Shown one piece after another: positions 24,345-35,928 of a DNA stretch of 64,000 nt. Source of the DNA: Takakia lepidozioides (taxonomy: Eukaryota; Plantae; Bryophyta); NCBI GenBank assembly GCA_030704615.1, contig CM060732.1, forward strand, positions 55,366,001 through 55,430,000, in the 5' to 3' direction. The notes under the pieces are model-generated. The model searched no databases. It saw only the letters and a list, made by a program, of their open reading frames with translations, and was not told where the DNA came from. The position numbers and the translations under genes are program-made. The number at the start of each line of letters is the position of its first letter. Position 1 is the stretch's first letter.

Positions 24345-27210
24345 TCAAAGAGAATCTGGCGGAGCCCTACGTGAGGTGTCCTGCTGCAGAAGGGTGATGA
24401 CTTCTCCGTAGCCTAGTGTGGCTTGGTGAATGAATTCGCAGCACATAATTACAAGGTATACGTAATATTGATGCTTGCAGGGGACCCACTTCCCTCTCAT
24501 GCCGAGAGCGCCCTCACGCATCGTTACAAAATCCGGACAAGTGCACGTAGGGAAATTCCCCACGGTAACCTGATATTCTTTGCCATGAAGAACTGAGTCA
24601 ATAGACAGCACTGTGTAAATCCGTCCATACCCCGGGGCAGGGACTTTGGTGGTATGAGTCACCCGAGCCTGCAAAATTCTAGCCGATTCCATCTTGCAGT
24701 CGTGATCTGCACCCGAAGCGACACGGCGTACTGTTTTTCCTCGCCTTCCAAATGGGGGACCCTGGATTGCAAAGGGGAGCCTTCAGTGCACCTGTTCAGA
24801 GCTCTGGCCATCTTCGATGGGTCTCCGGACCTACTCGCAGCCCTTAGCATCAACAAAGTCGTATCAGGGCCCTTGCCTCCGCCCCGTCCCATCAGAAAAT
24901 TGCGGTACCTGGTTTGTTGTGTAAGTGCCCGCACCATGTCATCAGCAGTGGCCATATACAAGTCACATCCTGCTTTGGTAGACTGCTGCATCCAGGCGTT
25001 GTGAACAGTCTCCGCCAAATTACAGGATGGCATGTCGGCCAAGTCCTCCAAGGACATGTCTTGCAGGAGGCATTGCATGCAAATGTGAGGAACGAAAGTC
25101 AATGGAAGAGGTTCTGCAAGTGACAATCCAACAACCCCAAACGAACAGGCACGATGCAAAGTGAAATTTGTGTTTCTGGGATTGAAGAGGCTTACCGTCG
25201 TCATGAAAGCTCCCCACTGTCTGTACCTGAAGTGCCAGAAAACCAACCAGTCCTCCAACTCCTTTAGGTGGATACCAGTAGCAGCACCAGAGGAGAACCA
25301 CCAAGCCCGGATTGCTTGGTAAGTGCTCTCAACTTCTCCCATTGAGGTGGCATTTTTGTACTTTAGGCAGAGCCTTCTGTGCTCCAACTGAAGGTCAGGG
25401 CGAATGCAGCGCTTTGTATGACGTGCCAGGGATTGACTCCAATGGAAGAGGCATGTGCGCTCCCTATTTTCCATTGGGACCTTAGGATCCCCCGAACCAA
25501 ACACGCGTCGCACTGCATTGAAATTTGCCTGTGCACTATCAGCCATGAAGCCCGCAAAATTTGTGTTCTGCATTCCATTGCGCTGCATGACGGCCATGAG
25601 CGAATTCCACATGAGCATCTGGGATTCAGTGTCCTCCGACTGCATATCACAAATTGCTATGGAGAGCACACGCTGGTACGCTGGTCGTACACATGGCACG
25701 CCATGGTTGTCCAACCCTTCACCCGTTTGCAGTGATCAAACATTAACCAATATTTAGCCAAATCTCCTCCAGGTTGCATTCGGCGGACTATGCTCATACC
25801 ACTGCCTTTGCCCACTGTGGAAATCTTGAACAATTACACCTTGGACGAGCCTTGGTCAGGGAAGATACTGTTTGGAATGAATTTTTAGCGACTCCTCCGT
25901 TTGAGGTCCATAATGTTGTCCATGATCCAGCACTGCCTGTGCCCATTCTGAGTGCATTCACCTGGTTTCGAATATTGGGAGAGCTCAACACAGAGAAATG
26001 GTCCATCACTGCATCAAGCGAATGCATCCAGCATTGGTTGTGTCGCATCCCCTTCACCCAGTATGTGTTTTTCCAGGAATGCCTTGCTAGCTGCAAGCGC
26101 TCTAGCAAAAGGTGCAACACAAGGGGCATTGTGGAACTTTTGCTTCAGCAGATTTCTAGCGATGTCCACGCTATCCCTGCAACTTCCTTTTGACACAGGA
26201 TGCTTGTGTGTACCCATATGAATGCAGGCACGAGTCATTGTCTTGCATCGGTGTGCCACCTGGTACATACGAGTGTGGCACACAGAAACACAGGACGGGG
26301 AAAGTTTGTAGAACCTGCACACAAAAGTATTGGTCTTGGGAGGGGCAAGCCCTGGGGTGAAAGGATTCAAGGGCACACCTTCCCACTCACTTTCGTTTGG
26401 TTTAGCCCTGTTTCTCAGGCGAGGGCAAGAAATATTCACGCACTTGCAATGCCCAACGCAAACCGACCTTCGAAATTTCAATCCAATGTCGTTGTGGATG
26501 TTTGATGTTTTTGTCCTGCACCAAGGGTGTCCGTCATGTTTCTTGTCCATGCCCTGCAGAAGCCCAGCTAGTCCACTAGAAGACGTGGGAGGGTTAAGCT
26601 CAAACAAGATGTCCCCATCAAACTCTGCTGGCACATATTGAACCTGCTGCATCCAAAGGGACTCCCAATCAACAAAACGCAGCTCGCTCTTGCACCCATG
26701 CACCCTTGCGAGGGCTTTCAATTTCGGAATGACACTCGTTATCTCCTGCAATTTGTCATCATCCAAGAATGGAGTGTGCACTGGCAGATGAATCTCAGAA
26801 ACATCCTCAAAGGACGAGTCTGAAAGAGTCACAAATGTAGTGGATGTGCTCACCTCTTGTTTCACATGAACTGTGCCCTTCTGCTGCACGACCAATGCTG
26901 CAGTGCCAGGGGTAACTACTGATCCTGATTGTCTTCTCTCTTTTCCAGGGACCCGGTATGTGCCTGGAAGGACTCTCCACTTCCTTCCACACTCGCCAAC
27001 CAATGGTTTCTCCAAGTGCCCAGAATCCAAATTCCCATCCTCGTCATACACCTCTTTTTGAACAAGCAGAGAACCCAATTCTAGAGGGAACACTGTAACC
27101 AGCTCATCCTCATGAACAACTGCAAACCCCTCGTCATCTGTAGTGGCAGTCAGTGGAAGACTACCTGCATTGGAATGAAATCGAGCGAGTCTATCTCCCT
27201 CCCTGGACAT
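24345..27210 (-). pseudogene. Mutator-like (MULE) DDE transposase with N-terminal GCM/WRKY-like zinc domain and C-terminal SWIM finger; disrupted
   Basis: N-terminal PWCRTKTSNIHN...CVGHCKC..C...IHMGTHKHP. Core WLMFDH (D), FMADSAQAN (D), CLFHW (CxxH), CNLAETVH (E). SWIM CTCPDF...CKH. Frameshifts and stops around 25700-26020. Confidence 0.85.
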
Positions 27211-28504
27211 GTTTTCCTACACTGACCCAAAGTTGCGATCCACAAAGGGTCCCCCGAACTGATAGCCCGTAATTCTCGAAAGGGCATCCACCCCAAACGA
27301 ACTGAGGTGAATAAGGGTAGCACTGACCCAAAGACTGCGGGTGATGCATGCAATGGATGTAAGAATGACATGCACGACGAAAGTCTGCACCGAACTTCGC
27401 AGCCAGCCACACTGAGAGACACCAACCAGAAAAACTGTTTTCAAAGACAAGAAGCCACAAGAAGCCGTACTGTATTTGGATGAAAAACAAATCCTGAACA
27501 TGACATAAAACCATCCATTATGGAAAGACGGCAACGACCCTGGAGACCAGTAAACAGGAAACCCCAAATCTAATGAGGTTGTGTTGTGCCAGAAGAGCAA
27601 AGCACAAACACTGACACTCCGGGGGATACCTCGCACGAATGTGTGTAACACATCACCATTGCCGACACAAACCTTTATACCAAATGACCCCATTGCGACA
27701 GTGACGGTGAAATGCAAATCGCAGGGTAGGCAGTACAACATATGTGGATGCATATGTGAAGCATAATTATTGCGAATCTACAAGTACTGCTCGAAATTGA
27801 ACTAGCAATAGATTTTTACGGCATTTTCAAATTTGAAAGAATGCAAGAAGGCTGCCATGTATTGGCAGCCGGTGAAGTACATCTGACATATATCACAAGT
27901 ACATGCAACGGCAAAGGAAGTGCCACCACTTTTTTTCTTGGATAATACAAAGACGTAGAAATGGATGAATTCCGTTCGCACACAATGATAACACCCGCAT
28001 CCAAATATGGTTAACAATGTCCAATTTTTATTTTGGATACATGCCAAAACAACCCTTGTTGCAAACGTCAAACTGGAGAGCTCTAGAGGCAGCGTGGGGA
28101 GCCCTTGTTTCCACCGGAGGAGGAAGAGAAGGAAGTCGTTATACTTTACGAGCACTAGGGACAGGAATAGAGCCAGACATGGAATGAGGATGGAAAGAGT
28201 AGACGAAGAGGAAAATGAGGAAGAAGAGGCAAAGAGGAAAGTTTGGCGATGGAAGAGTAGGATTTTGGATAAGAACAGCAGCCCGCCATACTTCCGAGAA
28301 CAGTTGAGGAGGAGACTGCATCCGAGGAGAGACGGACGCCGAAGATGATGTTGATGCTGGCCTAAGGAAGTAGCAGATAGTGGAAAAGAGGATGGGGGAG
28401 ATGCTCCAGAACATGCTCGGCGTAGAGAGCAGTCCGAAGCGCAAAGGGTCCCCGGCGATTAGGGAGTCTTCTGGAGCAGTAAAAAAAAAGGTACAAGTGA
28501 TGTC

Positions 28505-31500
28505 CACACCTATTTGGAAGCTCAAACAGAGTGCCACAACGCACACTCTTTGAGACCCACCTTTGTGCACATTTTTGATGTGAAAATCGGCCAATTTGGG
28601 CCTCTATGCCTGGTTCAATCCACCACTGATTGGAATCTCAAACAGTGTGCGGCAATGCACACAGTTTCAGACCCCATTTGATTTTGATACAAAAATCTGT
28701 CTAGTTCAATCCACCACTATTTGGGAGCTCAAACAGTGTGCGGCAACGCACACTGCTTGAGCCCCAACTTTGGGCTTGTTTTTTGATACAAAAATCGGCC
28801 CCAAACGGGCCTGTATGTCTAGTTCAATCCACCACTATTTGGAAGCTCAAACAGTGTGCGGCAACGCAAACTGCTTGAGCCCCCAACTTTGTGTTTGTTT
28901 TTTTATTCGAAAATCGGCCAAAAACGGGCCTGTCTGTCTGGTTCAATCCACCACTATTTGCAAGCTCAAACAGTGTGCGGCAACGCACACTGTTTGAGCC
29001 CCCCTTTTCATTGTTTTTTTCATGTGAAAATCGTGCACACAGGGGCCTCTCTGTAAGGTTCATTCCACCCCTATTTGGAAGCTCAAACAGTGTGCGGCAA
29101 CGCACACTCTTTGAGCCCCCACTTGACATTATTTTTCCATGTTAAAATCGGCCACAAAGGCATCTCTGTCAGGTTCAATCCACACTAACCTGGCAGCTCA
29201 AACAGTGTGCGTCAATACACACTGTTTGAGCCCCCCTTTTGCCTTGTTTTTTGGTGTGAAAATCGTGCACACATGGCCTCTCTGTCTGGTTCAATCCACC
29301 CCTATTTTGAAGCTCAAACAGTGTGCGTCAACGCACACTATTTGAGCCCCCTTTCTCATTGTTTGTTTCATGTTAAAATCGGCCACATAGGGCATCTCTG
29401 TGAGGTTTAATCCACACTTACCTGGCAGCTCAGACAGTGTGCATCAACGCACACTGTTTAAGCCCCCCTTTTGCCTTGTTTTTTGGTGTGGAAATCATGC
29501 ACACAGGGCCTCTCTGTCTGATTCAATCCACCCCTATTTTGAAGCTCAAACAGTGTGCGGCAACGCACACTATTTGAGCTCCCCTTGTCATTGTTTGTTT
29601 CATGTGAAAATCGTGCACGCAGGGGCCTCTCTGTAAGGTTCATTCCACCCCTATTTGGAAGCTCAAACAGTGTGCGTTGCCGCACACTATTTGAGCCCCC
29701 TTTTGTGCTTGTTTTTTGATGTGCAAAACGGCCACATAGGGCCACTCTGGCAGGTAGAATCCACCCCTTATTGGCAACTCAAACAGTGTGCGGCAACGCA
29801 CACTGTTTGAGCCCCCCTTTGTGATTGTTTTTTGTTGTGAAAATCAGCCACATAGGGCCACTCTGGCAGGTTGATTCCACACCGCATTGGAAGCTCAAAC
29901 AGTATGCGGCACCGCACACTGTTTGAGCCCCCTTTTTGCTTGTTTTTTGATGTGAAAATCGGGCACCTAGGGCCACTCTGGCAGGTTGAATCCATCCCGA
30001 ATTGGATGCTCAAACAGTGTGCGGCAACGGACACTGTTTGTGCCCCCTTCACTGCCTGCTTTTTGATTTGAAAATCGACCACTCAGGGCCACTATGCCAT
30101 GTTCAAATCACCCCTTATTGGAAGCTCACACTGTTTGAGCTTCCAATGCGGGGTGGATTCAACCTGCCAGAGTGGCTCTATGTGGCTGATTTCACACCAA
30201 ACAACAATCACAAAGGGGGGGCTCAAACAGTGTGCGTTGCCGCACACTGTTTGAGCTTCCAATAAGAGGTATTTACAACCTGCCAGAGTGGGCCCAAGGT
30301 GGCCGATTTTCACAATAAAAAACAAGCAAAAAGGGGGGTTCAAACAGTGTGCGTTGTCGCACAGTGTTTGAGCTTTCAATTTGAGGTGGATTCAACTTGC
30401 CAGAGTGGCCCTATGTGCCCGATTTTCACATCAAAAAACAAGCAAAAAAGGGGGCTCAAACAGTGTGCGTTGCCGCACACTGTTTGAGCTTCCAATAAGG
30501 GGTGATTTGAACATGGCATAGTGGCCCTGAGTGGTGTGCGGCAACGCACACTGTTTGAGCCCCCTTTTTGCTTGTTTTTTGATGTGAAAATCGGGCACAT
30601 AGGGCCACTCTGGCAAGTTGAATCCACCCCACATTGAAAGCTCAAACAGTGTGTGACAACGCACACTGTTTGAGCCCTTTTTTTGCTTGTTTTTTATTGT
30701 GAAAATCGGCCACCTTGGGCCCACTCTGGCAGGTTGTAAATACCCCTTATTGGAAGCTCAAACAGTGTGCGGCAACGCACACTGTTTGAGCCCCCTCCTT
30801 TGTGATTGTTGTTTGGTGTGAAAATCGGCCACATAGGGCCACTCTGACAGGTTGAATCCACCCCGCATTGGAAGCTCAAACAGTGTGCGTCACCGCACAC
30901 TGTTTGAGCCCCCATTTTGCTTGTTTTTTGATGTGAAAATCGTGCACCTAGGGCCACTCTAGCAGCTTGAATCCACCCCAAATTGGATGCTCAAACAGTG
31001 TGCGGCAACGCACACTGTTTGTGCCCCCTTCACTGCGTGCTTTTTGATTTGAAAATCAACCACTCAGGGCTACCATGCCATGTTCAAATCACCCCTTATT
31101 GGAAGCTCAAACAGTGTGCGGCAACGCACACTGTTTTGGGGCCCCTCTCTGCTTGTTTTTTTATTTGAAATCGGGCCAAACTGGGCAAGTATGCATGCTC
31201 AAAACACCCGTAGTTGGAAGCACGAATAGTGTGCGGCAACGCACACTGTTTGTGCCCCCTTTTTGGCCCCCTCTCTGCTTGTTTTTTTATGTGGAAATGT
31301 GCCACATAGGGCCAAATGTCATGTTCAAAACACCCCTATTTGGAAGCTCAAGCAGTGTGCGGCAACGCACACTGTCTGTGCCCCACTCTCTGCCCGTTTT
31401 TTTGATTTGAAAATCGGCCGTTCAGGGCCAGTGTGCCATGTTCAAATCACCCATTATTGGAAGCTCAAACAATGTGCGGCAACGCACACTGTTTTTGGCC

Positions 31501-31560
31501 CCCACACTGCTTGTTTTCTGATGTGAAATTGGGCCACACATGGGCTGTCTGCCATGCTCA
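28505..31560. repeat. Tandem array of ~27 units (~116 bp), each with hairpin CTCAAACAGTGTGCG-GCAA-CGCACACTGTTTGAG
   Basis: Hairpin starts counted at 28521, 28637, 28728, 28846, 28965, 29082, 29197, 29313, 29429, 29545, 29662, 29778, 29894, 30009 ... 31464. An inverted block lies at ~30127-30533. Confidence 0.95.
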
Positions 31561-31631
31561 AAACACCATCGTTTCTTGCCTCTCTCTTATATCAATTTGA
31601 ATGAACAACCCTACAGGAGAAGATGTAAAGG

Positions 31632-31811
31632 GTGGCGGATGAGAACCCTTCGGGGCAGGGGAAGGAGATCATTGTTGATGTGGACGATGAGTTCTATGAA
31701 AGCAAAGCTGCTGAGATGCTGGGGGGTCAGAAGATAATCTCTCAGCTTGTGGTGCAAAGTATGCTTGCCTCGGGTGGGAGGTTGAAGATTCCCCTGTGTA
31801 GGTTGGTTTTT
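31632..31811 (+). pseudogene. Truncated ORF start (…EIIVDVDDEFYESKAAEM…KIPLCRL), interrupted by the Crypton-like element
   Basis: Protein-like N-terminus begins right after the array and changes abruptly to AT-rich sequence at the 31806 direct repeat. Confidence 0.4.
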
Positions 31812-34558
31812 GAGATAAAATTTCTTTCACGACACGAATTTTCTTTCAAAAACTTTCTTTCCAAATTTCCATCAATGTAGACAAAAAGGAACGCTAAGCA
31901 GAGAAACTAAAATCAATAGAAGGTATTTTTGGCTGTATTTGTGAACGCCTCGTACTGGCAACATTGTCTACAGTTTCTAACTGACTCAGGCACATGTGAT
32001 AATCAGTTCCCCTTCAATTTCTTAAGAATGTCAGCTGTGGTTTTGCTATCAAGCACTTGCAGCGTGATGTTGCCGTGAACAACTTCAAAACTAGGTCCAA
32101 TGTGTGTCACATTTCCTGTTGAGATAACCTGGTTACAACCTCCAAATATTCTCTCCAATTTATCGCTATTCTGGTTCAAGGCTTCGATGATAGCATCTTG
32201 ACCTTCTTGACTCTCCCAGAATGAGTCGTCGTCGACTTGGGTAACATTACTCTTACAAGGAGCCGTAGTAAGAGCTGATGATGAAGTAGAGTAGGATTTC
32301 TGGTTAATTTTGTCACTGACAGAGAGAACACCGCTCGAATGAATCGCTGGAACTTGAGAGTGCATAATATTTGAATTAACTGCTCCAGTAGATCCACTTC
32401 CCTGAGAACCGCCATACTCAGATTCAATTACCCTTTTGTAATTATCTTTCTCTTCTTCAAGAGCTTGTTCATATGAAAGAGGCTTTCCATTGCACACTTC
32501 ACCAGATATAATTCGTTGCAGGGCACAATCTCTCACCATTTTGTTCATTTGATTGTATCTGCATACAAAAGAATAATAGCAATATATGAGTGTAAGATAT
32601 TACCAATTGAAATAACCACAAAAGCAGGAAACATAGAGATCTAGATAGAATGTAACATACTTGCCATATGCCTTAGCACTCCTGTGACCTGTAAGCTCCA
32701 TTCCATGTTCTCGTGGAACATAAGCCTCCTCCATCCGTGTTATTCCAACACCGCGACCAGTCTTGTTGGTAAGAACTTTGCCCGCTAATTCTGGCACATC
32801 TTGTTCATGTAGGAGCGCAACGAATTTCTACCTACATGAATCTTCGAGAACCAGACATCATCAGTAAACTTCCATTTCTGCCTTGGTGTAAGGAACATAG
32901 GGTGCGGCCCTAATTCCTGAGGAGTCCACGTAGGTCGTTTCTTGATCAGCAGTTTGTAGAGATCAATTACATGTGCATCCTAACAATCAATAGGTTTTCT
33001 ATGATCTTCTGCACTGCAATGATTGATATCCAGTTGATAATTCTTGGAGATGCCCTAGTAAAACCTACAAAGAAAGTACAAAATGTCAAGCCAATATAAG
33101 TGTGAAGGTACTTTGACTAAAAAGCATGTTAACATAATGGAATTCATGCACTGATCGTATGTTGTGGCAAAACATGCAAAGAAAATACAAGATGTCAAGC
33201 CAACGTAAATCTGAAGGTATTTCCAAAAAGCATGAATTAACATAATGCAATTCATGCACTCACCGCAGAACAACTCCCAACCGCGTCTCGACTAGAGTGA
33301 AATCCTCTTCGTCCACTTTGCGAAGCTCTTACGAAGAAATTTCGAGTACACATGTAGCTAAACCGCATATTGAGACCAGATGGTGAGTCAGGCTGACAAA
33401 TTTTTTGGCTCAACATAAGGATTTCTTCCTGCTTAGTTAGCACATCGTTTTTTTTAACAACGCGTCCCAAACCTGCATTGCATGAGCGACGAACAGCCTT
33501 GTCCGCGGCCAGTTTCACTTTGGCATATCTCGGATAATTCATAATGTTGAAGGTACAAGCTGACGCTTCTCCAGACTCTACTATCCGCATCTCGCATCGT
33601 GCTTTTATAAGACGTCCCAAAGCTCTGAACATCGACTGTATACTCCCTGGAGGGTACAAAGAGCCATCGCTCTTAGTCACCTCTAATATGAATAATGTTA
33701 GCATGTCTACTAACAATTTCACATCAGTTTCTGACAGGTCCGCCACTGATTTTTCTGTCGAGTAACCTTTATGCTCCCTCCAGCAGTCGAATGCTCGACG
33801 GGCCCATAACTCACCGTGCTTACTGCGACGCTGACCTCCTCCCAACACATTCTGCAGCTCACTCTCGTCAACCTCTCGAAAGCGCCTAACCAAATTAACA
33901 TCACTTCTAGGCTGCGTTGAAGTACGTGCTTGCGGATCCTTGTCATCACCGTTATTAGGCACATCATAATCATCATCAGGTACCTCCTCAAAATCTTCGA
34001 CAAGAGGAATACACGTAACGACCTCAGAATTAGTGCTGGCTTCTACAAATTCTAGAAAACCAGCAACCTCAACGTCATCACAGACATTAAAAGAACTCTC
34101 CAAACCTGATTCATATGGAGAGCTACGAGTAAGAGTAACTCTAGCTTTAGATATGATATCGTCAAAAGCTTGAGAGATACCAAGATCAAACGGATGTTCA
34201 GCATGAATTCCCAAACAAATTTTTTTCAGCGATGAATCTTGAAAATATTCGACACTCATTGTTTACCAAAACGGCATGAAATAATTGCAACATGTCAATC
34301 AACCATTCTACGCCTGACGACGCCACGTCGAAGATAAGGCACACATGATAATAGAATCCAAATTAAAAGCAATGCAAGGACGAGATCAGTATCTGCACGG
34401 GGACCTGATGTCTTCAACGCGACAGATGCACTGCAAAGAACAAATGTAGGTTTAAAATAAGAAAGGGTGGAAAACGTGTCAACCCTAGAAAGAAATGGCC
34501 ATCGAAAAGATGGCGGACCGGAAAGAAATGAGCGGGAAAGAAAAATTTCCCAGTTTTT
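31806..34558 (-). mobile_element. Crypton-like tyrosine-recombinase DNA transposon
   Basis: GTTTTT direct repeat at 31806-31811 and 34553-34558. TTTCTTTC x3 (31821, 31840, 31854) mirrors GAAAGAAA x3 (34488, 34521, 34536), with a 9-nt gap to the repeat on both sides. It contains a single YR gene. Confidence 0.75.
32003..34259 (-). pseudogene. Tyrosine recombinase, DUF3504/Crypton (ZMYM/KCTD1/QRICH1-related) type; exons 34259-33264, 33064-32661, 32558-32003
   Basis: WARRAFDCW, FILEVTKSDGSLYPPGSI, FFVR (catalytic R), SKNYQ, LYKLLIKKRP, VWFSKIHVGRNSL, TNKTGR, TGHRS..YGK|Y. Frameshifts at ~33328 and ~32797 and two TAG stops in exon 2. Confidence 0.88.
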
Positions 34559-34716
34559 CACGTTTGGGAAGGGTCGTTCCCTCGTTGCTGGTGCTCTCAA
34601 ATTCAGGAAGGACCTTGGGAACGACCCTTCCCTAATACTTATCCCACGTGTGGCCCAACATGCATGCACGGTCCGGTTCCGTTGCTTTTACAGCCGTTAC
34701 CAGTCCTAGGCGGTTA

Positions 34717-35160
34717 GAGCATGACCAGCAGTGGCGCGGTAAACAGACAAGCCAACGGCATTATACTAGCCCATTTTTGCCCGGAGCCCATATAGTAGTG
34801 TGGCAGCTGGTGGGAAGGCCAGCAGCATGGCAGCCTCCCATAGCAAAACCCCCACTCCCGCTGGGCGCCAGGCTGAGATGCGCGCCAGGCTGAGATGGTT
34901 ACGTTGACTTGTGGGCCCGGCCACCTACCACGCCACCTGTCAACACACGTGAGCGAGAATGCCCGGATAAGACGTTGCCGTAAGGGGTAACGGGGACGGC
35001 AACGGAATTCTAGATGCCGTGCTTGAAGTGCGGATTTGCGAGGCGGCCGGCACTATAAGGAGTGGGGTGGTGCTGCTGGGGACGCGGGGAGAGCCCCCAA
35101 ACCGCCGGCCACGGCAGAATGGAGTTGGCGCGTCTGAAATGGCCGCTGCTGGCCATGCTC
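34717..35160. mobile_element. PIF/Harbinger (Tourist-like) MITE
   Basis: TIRs GAGCATGACCAGCAGTGGC / GCCGCTGCTGGCCATGCTC, flanked by TTA on both sides. Confidence 0.8.
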
Positions 35161-35928
35161 TTAACCGCCCAACTCTGGTCACGCGGGGACCGGCACCTCC
35201 CCCGCACGTGTGAAATTAAGAGACAATAAAACCCGCTACCATTGCAAGAACTTCATAGAACTGCTACAGAGAAAACACGTGAACTGTGGGGTTCTGATTC
35301 ACCAACATCGTCATTGATCCCCAACATATATTCTCGACGTACTGAACAGATCTAAACCTCAGAATCGGAACATAAAGCTTGTCTGTAGGCGAGCATGTGT
35401 TGTATCCAAGGGACAAAGTGGTAAGTAGCCAAGTTGATGAGCCCTGGCCCATGTTGTAAACCAATGTCAGGTTCTTTCCCGGTACAAATGAGGAGGGCAA
35501 TTGTTCTTTTTTGGGGGCGTGTTTTTTGGCAAATGAGGGCAAATAGATCCACACATGTTTTTTGGTCCAGCTTATATCACTTGCTGGTGGTGGTATTAAG
35601 CTAACTTGTCTACAACAGATAAGGTGTGGTCAAATTGGGGTGGAGATGGCAAGGTACCACCAGACCTTCCGCAATTAGGAACCGTCAGAGTGCACAGGGT
35701 TTTAGGATTCCAGTCTCCTGAAAGCATAACTAATTATATGGCAAGCACTCCTAAGATCAAAGCTCCTCCCACAGGTCCATAAAAAATCTCCCATGGCTTT
35801 CAAAAAACAGAGCCCAAATTGTCCACTAGGTACTACTTGTTACACTGTTGAACCTATAAAGGGCAGTTGGCAGCCAACAACCCATGAATGTGTATACTAG
35901 CTAGCGAATAAAATTTGGCAAGACACCC

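Noticed and set aside
28770-31526. Numerous ORFs in the hairpin array (likewise 57064-57735, 60306-60891 and 7751-8250)
   Set aside because: Repetitive translations of non-coding tandem repeats in all frames.
28505-31560. CRISPR array (palindromic ~34-bp repeats at regular spacing)
   Set aside because: The ~82-bp spacers are homologous to each other and form higher-order repeats. There are no cas genes and the context is eukaryotic.
28505-34558. Integron-like system (YR plus attC-like hairpins)
   Set aside because: The YR has its own tight boundaries and interrupts an ORF. The spacers carry no cassettes, and a similar array occurs at 56850-57880 with no YR. Adjacency is best explained by nested insertion, though targeting cannot be excluded.
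34566-34710. Helitron 3' end (hairpin plus CTAG)
   Set aside because: The hairpin is ~70 bp from the CTAG and has a long loop, and no Rep/helicase was seen.
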